DNA from: a virus
Virus record (IMG/VR): IMGVR_UViG_3300010413_000018
Coordinates: 1-64,000 of that record
Strand: one strand, 5' to 3'
Length of the DNA stretch: 64,000 nt
A program made the translations under genes and the position numbers. This document shows, one piece after another, positions 34,293-43,708 of the stretch. The notes beneath the pieces are model-generated. The model was not told the DNA's origin, made no database searches, and saw nothing but the letters and a program-made list of their open reading frames with translations. Position 1 is the stretch's first letter. Each line of letters opens with the position of its first letter.

Positions 34293-34727
34293 TCAATTGT
34301 ACTCTTCGTCGTTAAATCCATCTCTATCGATGAATTCTTTTCCTAAAAGCCTAAATATACAAGACACAATTGATTTGGCTTTGCGAATCGGTGGATAACC
34401 ATACACTGGACCGCTAGGTTCAAAGCTAACTTGTGAAAAAAAGTTAATAAACGTTTTCAACGGTACGCCGTACTGAATCCCTAACGAAACCGCAATTGCC
34501 AAGCAATTAAAAAGACCACGAATAATAGATCCTTCTTTTTGAATATCAATAAAAATCTCACACAAAGATCCATCGTCGTATCGTCCGACTCCCAAATAAA
34601 ACTCATGCCCGGTCATTATTAATTTGAAAGTCTCGGATCTCCTCTTGTTCGGTGGCTTACGTGGATGGTGGTGTGATCCACAACTACACTCGTCGCATTG
34701 TTGATAATCGGTATCGTTTTCCAGCAT
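34293..34727 (-). CDS. Stand-alone class II RNR C-terminal (TSCPD-like) domain
   Basis: DGSLCEIFI..KEGS..AIAVSLGIQYGVPL..FEPSG..SIV. Confidence 0.8.
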   Translation of the reverse strand: MLENDTDYQQCDECSCGSHHHPRKPPNKRRSETFKLIMTGHEFYLGVGRYDDGSLCEIFIDIQKEGSIIRGLFNCLAIAVSLGIQYGVPLKTFINFFSQVSFEPSGPVYGYPPIRKAKSIVSCIFRLLGKEFIDRDGFNDEEYN

Positions 34728-34728
34728 C

Positions 34729-34980
34729 CTACACCGCCGAGTCCTTAAACCATACGTACCACACACGCAGTACATATCCAGCCAATACTACTGATTGTAA
34801 TACTAAAAATAAATTATGCGTTAAAACCGCTGACCAAATCCAAAATAACTGGGCCACAAGCATCACTGCTTGCCCTGAAGCTTGTTTGCGTTCAATCCCA
34901 TACATCGCGCGTAAAACCAGTACGAATGCTATAAAGCTTACTATTTCTTTCCCGTATTGTTCAAGCATGGCACCTCTCAC
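34729..34980 (-). CDS. Small membrane protein
   Basis: Hydrophobic. Confidence 0.6.
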   Translation of the reverse strand: MRGAMLEQYGKEIVSFIAFVLVLRAMYGIERKQASGQAVMLVAQLFWIWSAVLTHNLFLVLQSVVLAGYVLRVWYVWFKDSAV

Positions 34981-36710
34981 AAAACCTTGATAGTACCGTT
35001 ATTAACTTCTAAGTGCAACGCCACGTCAAGATAATCTTGAACATAGCGCGAATGCGAAATTACAACTATTGGACGTTCTTTCGCCATTTCCGACAATGCT
35101 TCAGATACTGCGGCGACGCCCGACGCGTCAAGGCTGTCAAACACCTCGTCAAAAAACAGCGTTCCTTGATCAATGCCTTGCGCAGCATTCGCAACCGTCG
35201 CCATCGCCATCGTTAAAGATACATCCACACGACGCCGCTCACCACCGCTAGCTGCCTTATAGCCGTATCCCCCACCAAAGCCATGCACGATCAACGACAG
35301 CTTATCGGACACTGCTCCCGATCCCTTTTCAGAATACGGCTTTAGCTCAAGAGACGCGTTAGGTGGATCATCGGTAATCTTAGCTAGCCAATAACTAGCC
35401 AACGACTCAATACCGCTCAACGCGTGGCCTAACACCTGAGTGCGCACTCCGCGCAAACCTAGTACACCCTCCACTGCTTTTAGAAACTTAACGCGATCCG
35501 CACAATCGCGTACAGCCTTTATTTTCCCTTTTATAGTAGCGTGTAACGTGACGCGCGCGCTTTCAAGGCTGGCAACTTTAGCTTCTTCATCACGCACTCT
35601 TTGCTCCGCACGCGCAACCCGATCGTCGTGCTGCTTTTGCTTAGCCGCGCGCACGCGCTCATTAGCAACGCGGAGCTTTCCGTCAGCGTTGTTTACTTGT
35701 TGGCGTAGTTCCCTAATTTGGGTAGTCTTAGCGGCTCGACTTTTTTCTAACGCAGAGTTTTCGGTAGTGGCTAGCGCTTTTACTTGCTTCACACGATCCA
35801 CCAATGCTTGCAAACTAACAATAATGGATTCGCGCATTTCTTTCGGAATGTCTTGATGGCACGTTGGACACTTCCCTTTTGTCAGCCCAACAGTCTCATT
35901 TTGCTTGATCTCCAACTTGGTCTCCGCTTTTGTTACTGATGCTTCCAACTCACGCATTCGCGATGCCATGGTTTGCAAGCTATCTTCTTCCGCACTTAGT
36001 GCTTCACGTAAGTGTGCTACCGCGTTTTCCAAGTCTGTAATCTCTTCCGGTGTAGGCGGTTTATCCTCTTCTTCGTCGTCTAATCCTTGCTCCAGCGTTT
36101 CTCTGGCTAAACGGAGGGTTTCTTCCGCACGCGCCTTTTGATCCTTCAACCCAGAGTAGCGTATCTTCTCTTGAGTAAGCTCGCGCTCTTCCCGCTCCAA
36201 ATCACGCTCTGCAAGGCGAAGATCTTCCCGACATAGCTTTAGCCCTCCGTCGAAGCATTCAAGCCCTAAGAAGGCCTCTATGAGCCGTTTACGCTCGCCG
36301 TCGGTCGCAAGCGTAAAGTGAGACGCGTCGTGTGAAGAAAACACATGTGTGCGTTTCCATAAGTCCCACGACATTATGGCGCTTTCCAACGCTTCTTTTG
36401 CCTTGGTTTGGGTGTTAAACCTCTTTCCCCGTACCGAGTTTAAATCCAACGATACTTTTCCGCCTTTTGTGGACTTTCGTGTTACTTCTACGTCACCGGC
36501 TGAAACCGTTACAAAACCGGCTACGTCTTTTTGCCAAGGCGTGGCTCCACGCAGTGTCTTCCCCCAGATACCAGTAGACACTGCCTCAATAATTGTTGAC
36601 TTTCCAGCACCGTTTTTTCCAGTGATCAACACTATTCCCGATGCTGGAAGTTCAACATTCACCTGTGCATACTTAGCGAAATTCTTTGCTTCAATGGTTT
36701 TTACCAGCAT
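34977..36710 (-). CDS. sbcC: SbcC/Rad50-like ATPase
   Basis: Walker A GKNGAGKS, Zn hook CPTC, SGGE, FFDE, ISH. Confidence 0.95.
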   Translation of the reverse strand: MLVKTIEAKNFAKYAQVNVELPASGIVLITGKNGAGKSTIIEAVSTGIWGKTLRGATPWQKDVAGFVTVSAGDVEVTRKSTKGGKVSLDLNSVRGKRFNTQTKAKEALESAIMSWDLWKRTHVFSSHDASHFTLATDGERKRLIEAFLGLECFDGGLKLCREDLRLAERDLEREERELTQEKIRYSGLKDQKARAEETLRLARETLEQGLDDEEEDKPPTPEEITDLENAVAHLREALSAEEDSLQTMASRMRELEASVTKAETKLEIKQNETVGLTKGKCPTCHQDIPKEMRESIIVSLQALVDRVKQVKALATTENSALEKSRAAKTTQIRELRQQVNNADGKLRVANERVRAAKQKQHDDRVARAEQRVRDEEAKVASLESARVTLHATIKGKIKAVRDCADRVKFLKAVEGVLGLRGVRTQVLGHALSGIESLASYWLAKITDDPPNASLELKPYSEKGSGAVSDKLSLIVHGFGGGYGYKAASGGERRRVDVSLTMAMATVANAAQGIDQGTLFFDEVFDSLDASGVAAVSEALSEMAKERPIVVISHSRYVQDYLDVALHLEVNNGTIKVL

Positions 36711-36714
36711 CCGC

Positions 36715-37527
36715 CTACTCTTTCGTTAATACTTGATGCAATTCCTCAATCGTCATGAACGGAACAAAAAAGCGAAAGTCCTTCCGCTGAATGCCTGGCG
36801 TCGGCATCGTATACGGCGGTACACGATTTAAGTACTGCGGATACGCTTCCATACCACGCGCGAACTTACCTTTGGAATTCAGCGCATCCTGCCACGGTTT
36901 CCATAACGGAGATGCCCGCCCTGCTTTCGCCGGCCGTACCAACCAGTCACCGTCTACCGCTCCGATCGTTGATCCTTTTCCCTCAAACGTACGCACCCAA
37001 GGGTTTCTAGTTGTATGACCAGCGGTAGTGTGAGCATACACCTTCACCCACGGCCGACCGGCTTTACAAAACTCATCACGTACCTGATCGGCGAATCCTC
37101 CTTCACCTCCGGGACCGAGTTTTGTTTGATTTGCTTTTGGGGAGCCGGGAACGTCGCCGGTTAGGCAACAGTAAAGGATTATGTGAAGGGGATGTTCGGC
37201 GTCTTTTCCGTTGGCAGTGATAGAAAGAAGGAGATGTGCGAGATTGCCAGCATCTTCGCAACGGACCCCGCATTGTATGCCCTTTGACCATCCATGCATA
37301 AAGAATGCGACGTCATTAAACATCATGGCGTCGTCGTTTAATTCTTTGAAAGCTGTGTATAAATCGGCTCGTCGACCCGGCATACTTTTCGATACATCAA
37401 TGCGAATTGTTTCGTGGTTGCCGGGGATCACTTTTGCGAAGCGGTCGGCTTCTGGACTAAACGCACCGGTATAGTCCTTCTTCCCGTTAGTGTTACGGTC
37501 GCCTGTAATAATCAAAGTATCGCCCAT
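36715..37527 (-). CDS. Hypothetical protein, possible clan-CD (His-Gly/Cys) peptidase fold
   Basis: AFFMHG ... IILYCCLTG. Confidence 0.45.
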   Translation of the reverse strand: MGDTLIITGDRNTNGKKDYTGAFSPEADRFAKVIPGNHETIRIDVSKSMPGRRADLYTAFKELNDDAMMFNDVAFFMHGWSKGIQCGVRCEDAGNLAHLLLSITANGKDAEHPLHIILYCCLTGDVPGSPKANQTKLGPGGEGGFADQVRDEFCKAGRPWVKVYAHTTAGHTTRNPWVRTFEGKGSTIGAVDGDWLVRPAKAGRASPLWKPWQDALNSKGKFARGMEAYPQYLNRVPPYTMPTPGIQRKDFRFFVPFMTIEELHQVLTKE

Positions 37528-37528
37528 T

Positions 37529-37753
37529 TTATAACCCTTTCTGCTCGAACTTTAGTAGTGTGTTTAAAACCGTTTCGTAGTCCTCTTGCACAACGATATC
37601 ATCGTTGATCTCTTTGACGTACAGACGCGTTGCGCTTTCATCTTCTTCGTATGAACTCAACGCGGCTATTTCCCTCGGCCGTACAAAAAGCACTTTATTA
37701 CCGCGCCGTAGAGTAAACTTAATAAACTCGCCTTGCTGTTTTTCTTTTGCCAT
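37529..37753 (-). CDS. Hypothetical protein
   Basis: AAGGAG RBS. Confidence 0.65.
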   Translation of the reverse strand: MAKEKQQGEFIKFTLRRGNKVLFVRPREIAALSSYEEDESATRLYVKEINDDIVVQEDYETVLNTLLKFEQKGL

Positions 37754-37762
37754 CGTCGCTCC

Positions 37763-38398
37763 TTACGAATAGATTGAAATATCGTCGAATAATACCGGCA
37801 CCCGCGCCTGCACCTCATCACAAAGAGGTACCATGAGTTGACGCATTTGCGGATGCGCGCGTGGACTAGTACGTTGAAAGAAAATGTGCCCCCATTGGCG
37901 AAGATTCGCAGTCGCGACGATCTCAGTCTTAAGACCGGTCGGTAGAACAGAACGCGCTTCTTCCGGTTTAGCTCCGTCGTCTAGCAGTTTAAAGTACTGT
38001 TCTTCGGCTTGCTCGCAGCTCTTTTTCCATTCCTGATAAACCCGTTCGCCCTTCGCAAAAAACAACGGCTCAATGACGGTTATCTCTCCACCAAACTTCC
38101 CCTTGGCGTAGTTACAATAGCGTGTGCTTTCTTGAGAATACGATACCAACCTATGGCGAACCAACTCATGCGTGAATCCCCTTTCACACACGAACTTAAC
38201 CGTCATAGTGGAATGCTCAATAACGCTCAGATGTGCCGGCCGATGCGACAGTAAGCGCTTAATAAATTCCAATGCAGACGTGTCGGTGATTTTGTCTTCC
38301 GACTTATAACACGTACGTCCGGCCAGTTCGATAAGCTTCAACACTTCAAGCCCATCGTCCAGTTTTAAGATCTCGTAGCTTGGCTCAAGTATTCTCAT
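37763..38398 (-). CDS. thyX: FAD-dependent thymidylate synthase
   Basis: HELVRHR..SYSQESTRY, EEARSVLP, AHPQMR. Confidence 0.95.
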   Translation of the reverse strand: MRILEPSYEILKLDDGLEVLKLIELAGRTCYKSEDKITDTSALEFIKRLLSHRPAHLSVIEHSTMTVKFVCERGFTHELVRHRLVSYSQESTRYCNYAKGKFGGEITVIEPLFFAKGERVYQEWKKSCEQAEEQYFKLLDDGAKPEEARSVLPTGLKTEIVATANLRQWGHIFFQRTSPRAHPQMRQLMVPLCDEVQARVPVLFDDISIYS

Positions 38399-39510
38399 TT
38401 TCCTACCTTTCCTTTGGTTAGATATTCCTTTGCTTTGTGGTAAATCTGTTTACGATCCAGCCCCTCTTCCACTTCCATCTTATCGATGAACGCGGCGAGC
38501 GCTGCTTCCAAAGTGTTTTGTTCGCGCGCTGCGGTCGCGGCGTTGCACGCCGATTTCTCCGCTGTTTTCTTGTCCGGCACCACTTCAACTTCGGACACGT
38601 GCTTATCATCCAAAAGTTCTTTTCGGTACCCTTGCGCTTCAGTCATACGATCGGATTCCGCAGTAATCTGCAGATATACCGGACCGAGGTATTCCTTCGC
38701 TTTTTCAATAAGTTCATCATCGTCGATGCTCGCCTGTACAAAACGCGGTCCACTGATTTGATGGAGCTTTACCGATCGCTCATCAGGGTCAAACACGGCC
38801 AGTTTTCCGTACCCAGTTAAACCTGGATTGTCATAACCGGTCGGTACCAACGCACCAATCTGAATGATCTCACAGTTGTTATGCTGCCAGCGCTCGTGAA
38901 AGTGAAAGTTTCCGGCAACCACAAAGTCAAGCTTCAGCTTCTCAACCAAGCGCTTTAGCGTGTCCAACTTTATGGAATCCGGCGCGTCCCGTAAAAACTT
39001 CGGTGTACCACTGTGAGTTATTCCAGCATGAAACGCCAAAGCTCGCGCTCGCGACGAATCAACCGATGATGAAAACAGATCGCTAGCGGCTTTCGCTACT
39101 AACTTCTCCGATGACCCTGGCTGGAACGGAACACACGCTAACTCAACGTTAGAAAGCCGCATCAGCTTCGGCTCGTCAATGACATGCGCAACAGGTGCCA
39201 ACGGTCCAAGCGCATGGTCGCCTTTTTCGTTCGTAACAATCTCATGGTCGCCCAACACAAGCACAATGTCCAATCCAGCCTGCTTAATGGTAGTTTGCAG
39301 TAACGCTATAATCTGTGGTTCCATCCGCACGTAGTCTAAAAAGTCGCCGGCTACTAGCAGTACTCCACACTTCTCACGTTTTGCTACCGCGATCGCTTCA
39401 TCAAACGCGGCTAGGATCAAACAGCACCGCGTGTTCATTCCAGCGTCTACTTTACCGCCATGCCGCTTATGATTCCCCACATGAATGTCACTTACACACG
39501 CTATACGCAT
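38395..39510 (-). CDS. sbcD: SbcD/Mre11-like nuclease
   Basis: SDIH, AGDFLD, GDHE, GNFH. Confidence 0.9.
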   Translation of the reverse strand: MRIACVSDIHVGNHKRHGGKVDAGMNTRCCLILAAFDEAIAVAKREKCGVLLVAGDFLDYVRMEPQIIALLQTTIKQAGLDIVLVLGDHEIVTNEKGDHALGPLAPVAHVIDEPKLMRLSNVELACVPFQPGSSEKLVAKAASDLFSSSVDSSRARALAFHAGITHSGTPKFLRDAPDSIKLDTLKRLVEKLKLDFVVAGNFHFHERWQHNNCEIIQIGALVPTGYDNPGLTGYGKLAVFDPDERSVKLHQISGPRFVQASIDDDELIEKAKEYLGPVYLQITAESDRMTEAQGYRKELLDDKHVSEVEVVPDKKTAEKSACNAATAAREQNTLEAALAAFIDKMEVEEGLDRKQIYHKAKEYLTKGKVGK

Positions 39511-39530
39511 TGGCTTTAACCTCCATTTAA

Positions 39531-39827
39531 TCACCAAAATCCGCCCTGGTTTTCGTTCTCATCCGACGGTATGGCGTCAGACCGTAAAATCGCAGACTGT
39601 TGATCATACCCAACGCGCTTTGCGCACGTGTCCATATCAGTAGCAAACGCAAGGCGCCCTTCCGTGTAACCCGTCTTGTACTCCTCCGCTAAATCCGGAC
39701 GAGTCTTATGCTCAATAAACGACGTGTTCATCACTTTGTCGCCAGCTCCGTCACGCCACCCGCGCCGATACGCGTGGAATAACTCACTCGGAAGCTTCTG
39801 TTGTTTCTGTTTCATCGAGTAAGGCAT
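39531..39827 (-). CDS. Hypothetical protein (YxxGWxDG motif)
   Basis: ORF track. Confidence 0.55.
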   Translation of the reverse strand: MPYSMKQKQQKLPSELFHAYRRGWRDGAGDKVMNTSFIEHKTRPDLAEEYKTGYTEGRLAFATDMDTCAKRVGYDQQSAILRSDAIPSDENENQGGFW

Positions 39828-40818
39828 TTGCTACCTCCACATTTTCAGGTACATCCCAACCAAGCGCCGCAACACTTTCTTTGTACGCTTTGGTGCTCAT
39901 TTTTGTATCCTTCGCAATAACTCCACGATCTTTCGCATGGGAAAGTGTCGTCCACGCGTTATTCCAACCGGAAGCGTAGTCCAAACGCACCAACGCTTTA
40001 CGATACGGCGGACTAAATCGACTCTTCACTACCAAGAAAGTGATTACCTTCGCTATGTGATCGTTGGTTTTGTTATCCTTTACGGCTTTACCGCCGAGTA
40101 GCTGCAAGCGTAACGATGCGTGAAACTTCACCGCTTTACCGCCAGGTGTGGTGTCTTTGTTTCCAAATACTACACCCACCTTTTCACGTAGTTGATTAAT
40201 ACACACCATGCAAACTTTTGATCGCTTAATGCGCGGACCAATAATGCGCATGGCTCGTGATAGCGCTGCAGCCTTTTTGGCCGCGTGTTCCTTGGTGTCA
40301 AATCCTTCCTCAAACTCCGCTTTCGTAGACGCTGCCGCTATTGAATCCCAAACTATTACGGACGGCCCAACGTCTTTTTCAGCTTCTAGCGTACGTAAAA
40401 ATACGTCAACACCTTCCAACAGTTCTTCAATATGATCTGGTTGAGCGAGAAGTAAATCGTTAGTGTTCACACCAAACAACTGCGCGCGCTCTGGATCAAA
40501 CGACTGCTCCGAATCCCACAACGCGGCTAATCCTCCAGCGCGCTGAGCTGCGGCTAGAAAAGAATAACCCAGAGAGGTCTTCCCCCCACCTTCTTCTGAA
40601 AACAACTCTACTATGCGACCGGCCGGTAAACCACCAATACTGAACAGAAAGTTATCGATCACTTCTACACCAGTCGGAATAACGTGCTCAACAGACTGTA
40701 TTTGTAGGCCTTCCCGTAGTAGTGTCACCGAGCCTTTTCCCAACGCTTTATTAATCGCGTCGAAAACCGCTTTTACGTGGTCCGCTTTTTTTGTGCTAGC
40801 TGCTGCTTTCTTCGCCAT
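39784..40818 (-). CDS. recA: RecA/UvsX recombinase
   Basis: GGLPAGRIVE, GGGKT, WDSIAA, INQLREKVGV, TPGGKAVKF. Confidence 0.95.
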   Translation of the reverse strand: MAKKAAASTKKADHVKAVFDAINKALGKGSVTLLREGLQIQSVEHVIPTGVEVIDNFLFSIGGLPAGRIVELFSEEGGGKTSLGYSFLAAAQRAGGLAALWDSEQSFDPERAQLFGVNTNDLLLAQPDHIEELLEGVDVFLRTLEAEKDVGPSVIVWDSIAAASTKAEFEEGFDTKEHAAKKAAALSRAMRIIGPRIKRSKVCMVCINQLREKVGVVFGNKDTTPGGKAVKFHASLRLQLLGGKAVKDNKTNDHIAKVITFLVVKSRFSPPYRKALVRLDYASGWNNAWTTLSHAKDRGVIAKDTKMSTKAYKESVAALGWDVPENVEVANALLDETETTEASE

Positions 40819-41116
40819 CTTCTTCCTCAGCTTCAGTAATATCGCACTCAGCGGCTAAAAGCCTAATGTTATGTTTTAGGTACGCGGACACTTTTTTAAA
40901 ACCTTCATCTTCCATGTCACTAGTAAATCCGCGAAACTTAGTACGCGCTGGATACGCACGTGTGATAACACCGTTTTCGTCTTCTTCATATTCTATTACC
41001 CAACCAAACAAATGAAGAATTCTATTTGCAAACCAGATTAACCCAGTTTCTTGAAATTCTTTCCACGACTTTTCTTTGATCCACTCAATCTTATTGGCCA
41101 TCTTCATTCCCTTCAA
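40796..41116 (-). CDS. Hypothetical phage protein
   Basis: ORF track. Confidence 0.65.
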   Translation of the reverse strand: MKGMKMANKIEWIKEKSWKEFQETGLIWFANRILHLFGWVIEYEEDENGVITRAYPARTKFRGFTSDMEDEGFKKVSAYLKHNIRLLAAECDITEAEEEDGEESSS

Positions 41117-41423
41117 TTAACCGCGCCGTATACTCACGCACCGTCTCAGCCTGCACGTTATAAAGATTCCAACGCGCCCCTTCCTCGTCGCGCAAGCGAA
41201 CCATAATCTCGTACTCTTCGTTCTGGTGGTCGCCTTCTTGCTCGATAAGTTCAGCGTAGTTTTCCGCAGCGTCTTCTTCGTCAATACCGCGCACTACGCG
41301 TGCGTCTTCTTCAGTTTCATCGTTGCGTTCGTAACAATCCCACTGTGGCTTACACTTATGGTTGCTTGTGCTACCATCCGCGATCTCAAAACAGTACTCT
41401 CCGCATACAGGACACTGCTTCAT
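41091..41423 (-). CDS. Hypothetical Zn-binding acidic protein
   Basis: CPVC..HKC; GGAGG RBS. Confidence 0.65.
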   Translation of the reverse strand: MKQCPVCGEYCFEIADGSTSNHKCKPQWDCYERNDETEEDARVVRGIDEEDAAENYAELIEQEGDHQNEEYEIMVRLRDEEGARWNLYNVQAETVREYTARLIEGNEDGQ

Positions 41424-41484
41424 CGTACCCTCCATTAGTAAAGCGCAAGGGTGGCCTCCCACCCTCACACTTTTAACCTGCTAT

Positions 41485-42339
41485 CTAAACGTCGTCTTCG
41501 TCTTCAAACTCATCGTCATCGACAATTTCGTAATCCGCGTCAAACGCTTCATCCTGTGCCATGCGTTGAGGGCGCGCTCGGGACGCGCTCTTTCCGCTTT
41601 GTTGCCCGGAAGTACGCCGTTGTTGGGTTCCGGACGTCAGTTGCTTGCGAGCTGGAGGATCTTCGCCGCGTAAGCGTGCCATGATCTCTTCTTCAGTCGG
41701 AACCAACGCAAACCGGTTAAGGTCGTGCATTCCGACGCGCCAAGCTTCCATCTCATCCGGATCCTCCGTAAGAGGTCGCGACTTACGCGCCATGTTCACC
41801 GAGTACTTGGTGTCGAACTGACCGGTGCCTTCTCGATCAATAACGACGTCGAAGCCATCAGTCGGATGTGTGTAGTCTCCACCCACGTCTTCATCACGCC
41901 GTAGCTTAACCAATGCTTCGTGGATCGTCTTTCCGAAAGCCAGCACTTTAGGACCAGCGTCTTCGTCTTTTCGATCAATAGCATTCGCGAACACGCGCCT
42001 CTTGGCTTGCAATGATCGTGCTTGTTCGGCGTCAGCCGGATTACCGGTTTTGCGAAGTTGATCTGACATTTGACAAGCCGGACAACGCTTTTTTGCCATA
42101 AGGCGCGGACAAGTAAATGACCACTTTTTACCATCCGGCAGTTCGATGTAATGCTGATAAACGATCTGAAACGGAGAGGTCCGGCCGGCAGCTGGCGGCA
42201 TAATTCGAACGACGTTCTTACCGGGTTCCAGCTTTAAATAATCAGTGCCGGATCCTTCTTTTGCTAGAGCTTCTTGCTCTTCGGTTGCAGCGTCTTCAGT
42301 GTATGTACCCCATTTTTGTAGATTAGTTCCTTTTCCCAT
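41485..42339 (-). CDS. Phage single-stranded DNA-binding protein (gp32-like)
   Basis: VRIMP, H..C..CPAC Zn site, acidic C-terminal tail, position by recA/pol. Confidence 0.85.
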   Translation of the reverse strand: MGKGTNLQKWGTYTEDAATEEQEALAKEGSGTDYLKLEPGKNVVRIMPPAAGRTSPFQIVYQHYIELPDGKKWSFTCPRLMAKKRCPACQMSDQLRKTGNPADAEQARSLQAKRRVFANAIDRKDEDAGPKVLAFGKTIHEALVKLRRDEDVGGDYTHPTDGFDVVIDREGTGQFDTKYSVNMARKSRPLTEDPDEMEAWRVGMHDLNRFALVPTEEEIMARLRGEDPPARKQLTSGTQQRRTSGQQSGKSASRARPQRMAQDEAFDADYEIVDDDEFEDEDDV

Positions 42340-42445
42340 TTGATATGCTCCTATTTTTTATTTTTGCTATAATGCCTAAACGGCTATTCGCATATGTTGA
42401 TATTTGGTCTAACTAACCGTACGCAAACGTACGGGTTGGTTTTAT

Positions 42446-42982
42446 TTAACTTCTGCGAAGGTACGCGCATCCATCACAAATCACGCACTCACAATTTTTT
42501 GGTCCTGCGCAGCTATAGCCTTCGTACTCTCCGCCAAGCGCGCGACAATCTTCACCGTACCACTGCACAGTCACTCCGCATTCGTTAAACATTTGCAGCG
42601 CGATACGAAAATGTTGCCCCCAATCCGGATCTTTAAAGTCAGGCCTACGCGCTACCACTTTTTTGATTCCAGCTTGAATAATGGCTTTAGCACAATCAGA
42701 ACACGGAAACCACGGCACGTATATTGTGCATCCTACCAACGACTTAGCCGCATTCCAAATTGCGTTTTGTTCTGCATGACACGTAAAAAAATACTTGTTT
42801 TCCGGTGTGTACTTTTCCGGATCCTCATCGTCACAACCACGTGGACATCCATTATATCCGTGCCCCAGTACAGTGTGGCGATCATCCACGATTACTGCTC
42901 CGACTTTCCTTCCCGGATACTTACTCCAGTTTGCAAAGTATTCGGCCAGCTCCATGAATCTCTTTTCCCAGTTAGTCTTCAT
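42446..42982 (-). CDS. dCMP deaminase
   Basis: GYNG, HAEQNAI, PCSDC. Confidence 0.92.
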   Translation of the reverse strand: MKTNWEKRFMELAEYFANWSKYPGRKVGAVIVDDRHTVLGHGYNGCPRGCDDEDPEKYTPENKYFFTCHAEQNAIWNAAKSLVGCTIYVPWFPCSDCAKAIIQAGIKKVVARRPDFKDPDWGQHFRIALQMFNECGVTVQWYGEDCRALGGEYEGYSCAGPKNCECVICDGCAYLRRS

Positions 42983-43022
42983 AACCGCTATCCTATTCTA
43001 CTGGTGGTAAAAGTAAAAAAAG

Positions 43023-43544
43023 TTACCGAGTTAATTTGTTGGCTATCATTTGATCCCTAACCACCGGATCTGACATCATCTCAACGCGGAGCTTCGCCCC
43101 CAACGACTGCAGCATATCGCGCTTCGCCATTAAAGCATCACAGCGATTCCGTAGTGCCTGGCGCGCTGCTTCTGCCTCTACCAATGCAAGGTTTGCATCC
43201 TGTACGCGATCGTCAAGTTGAACCTTCGCTTCCAAGTCGCCAACCGTCATCTTGACGCCAGAAGCGTTCGCAAACTCACGTGTTTCCATTGTCACCAACG
43301 CTTTAGTTTCGTCGGCGCGCAACTTCGCCAGCAAGTATTCGCGAAGCGCAATGGAATACTTCTCGTTCCAGTACGCTATATCGGCCGGCAGACGTATGAA
43401 CTCTTCTTCCAGCGCTTCCGGTTCAATCTGTACGCACTCGTACAAATAGGTGTCGATCTCAATGTCGCGCACCACCGTCGTGTCGTTTACTTTATTGTTT
43501 GGTTGCGGAACTTCTTTTGCTTCCAGTTTTTCTTTTTTAGTCAT
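43023..43544 (-). CDS. UvsY-like recombination mediator (helical)
   Basis: Coiled-coil, KRDMLQSLG C-terminus, gene context. Confidence 0.55.
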   Translation of the reverse strand: MTKKEKLEAKEVPQPNNKVNDTTVVRDIEIDTYLYECVQIEPEALEEEFIRLPADIAYWNEKYSIALREYLLAKLRADETKALVTMETREFANASGVKMTVGDLEAKVQLDDRVQDANLALVEAEAARQALRNRCDALMAKRDMLQSLGAKLRVEMMSDPVVRDQMIANKLTR

Positions 43545-43708
43545 GTCGGCATCCTTATATGGTGATAGTATTTTTCTGTTTTTACCAAAGATATAATAAG
43601 CTCTGTTTGGATCGCGCCCACCTAAATTCAACGAATCTAAATGCTGCGGAGATAAGTACGTAGCACACCAACCAATCGCAAAATCATCAGCAGCTTGTTC
43701 CTCTTCTG

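Noticed and set aside
43547-43558. 12-nt match (CGGCATCCTTAT) to the concatenated NN of array unit 1; also an 11-nt match of unit 7 near 14343
   Set aside because: Matches this short are expected by chance given 64 kb, two strands and 11 units. I found no convincing self-target by eye, and the search was not exhaustive.
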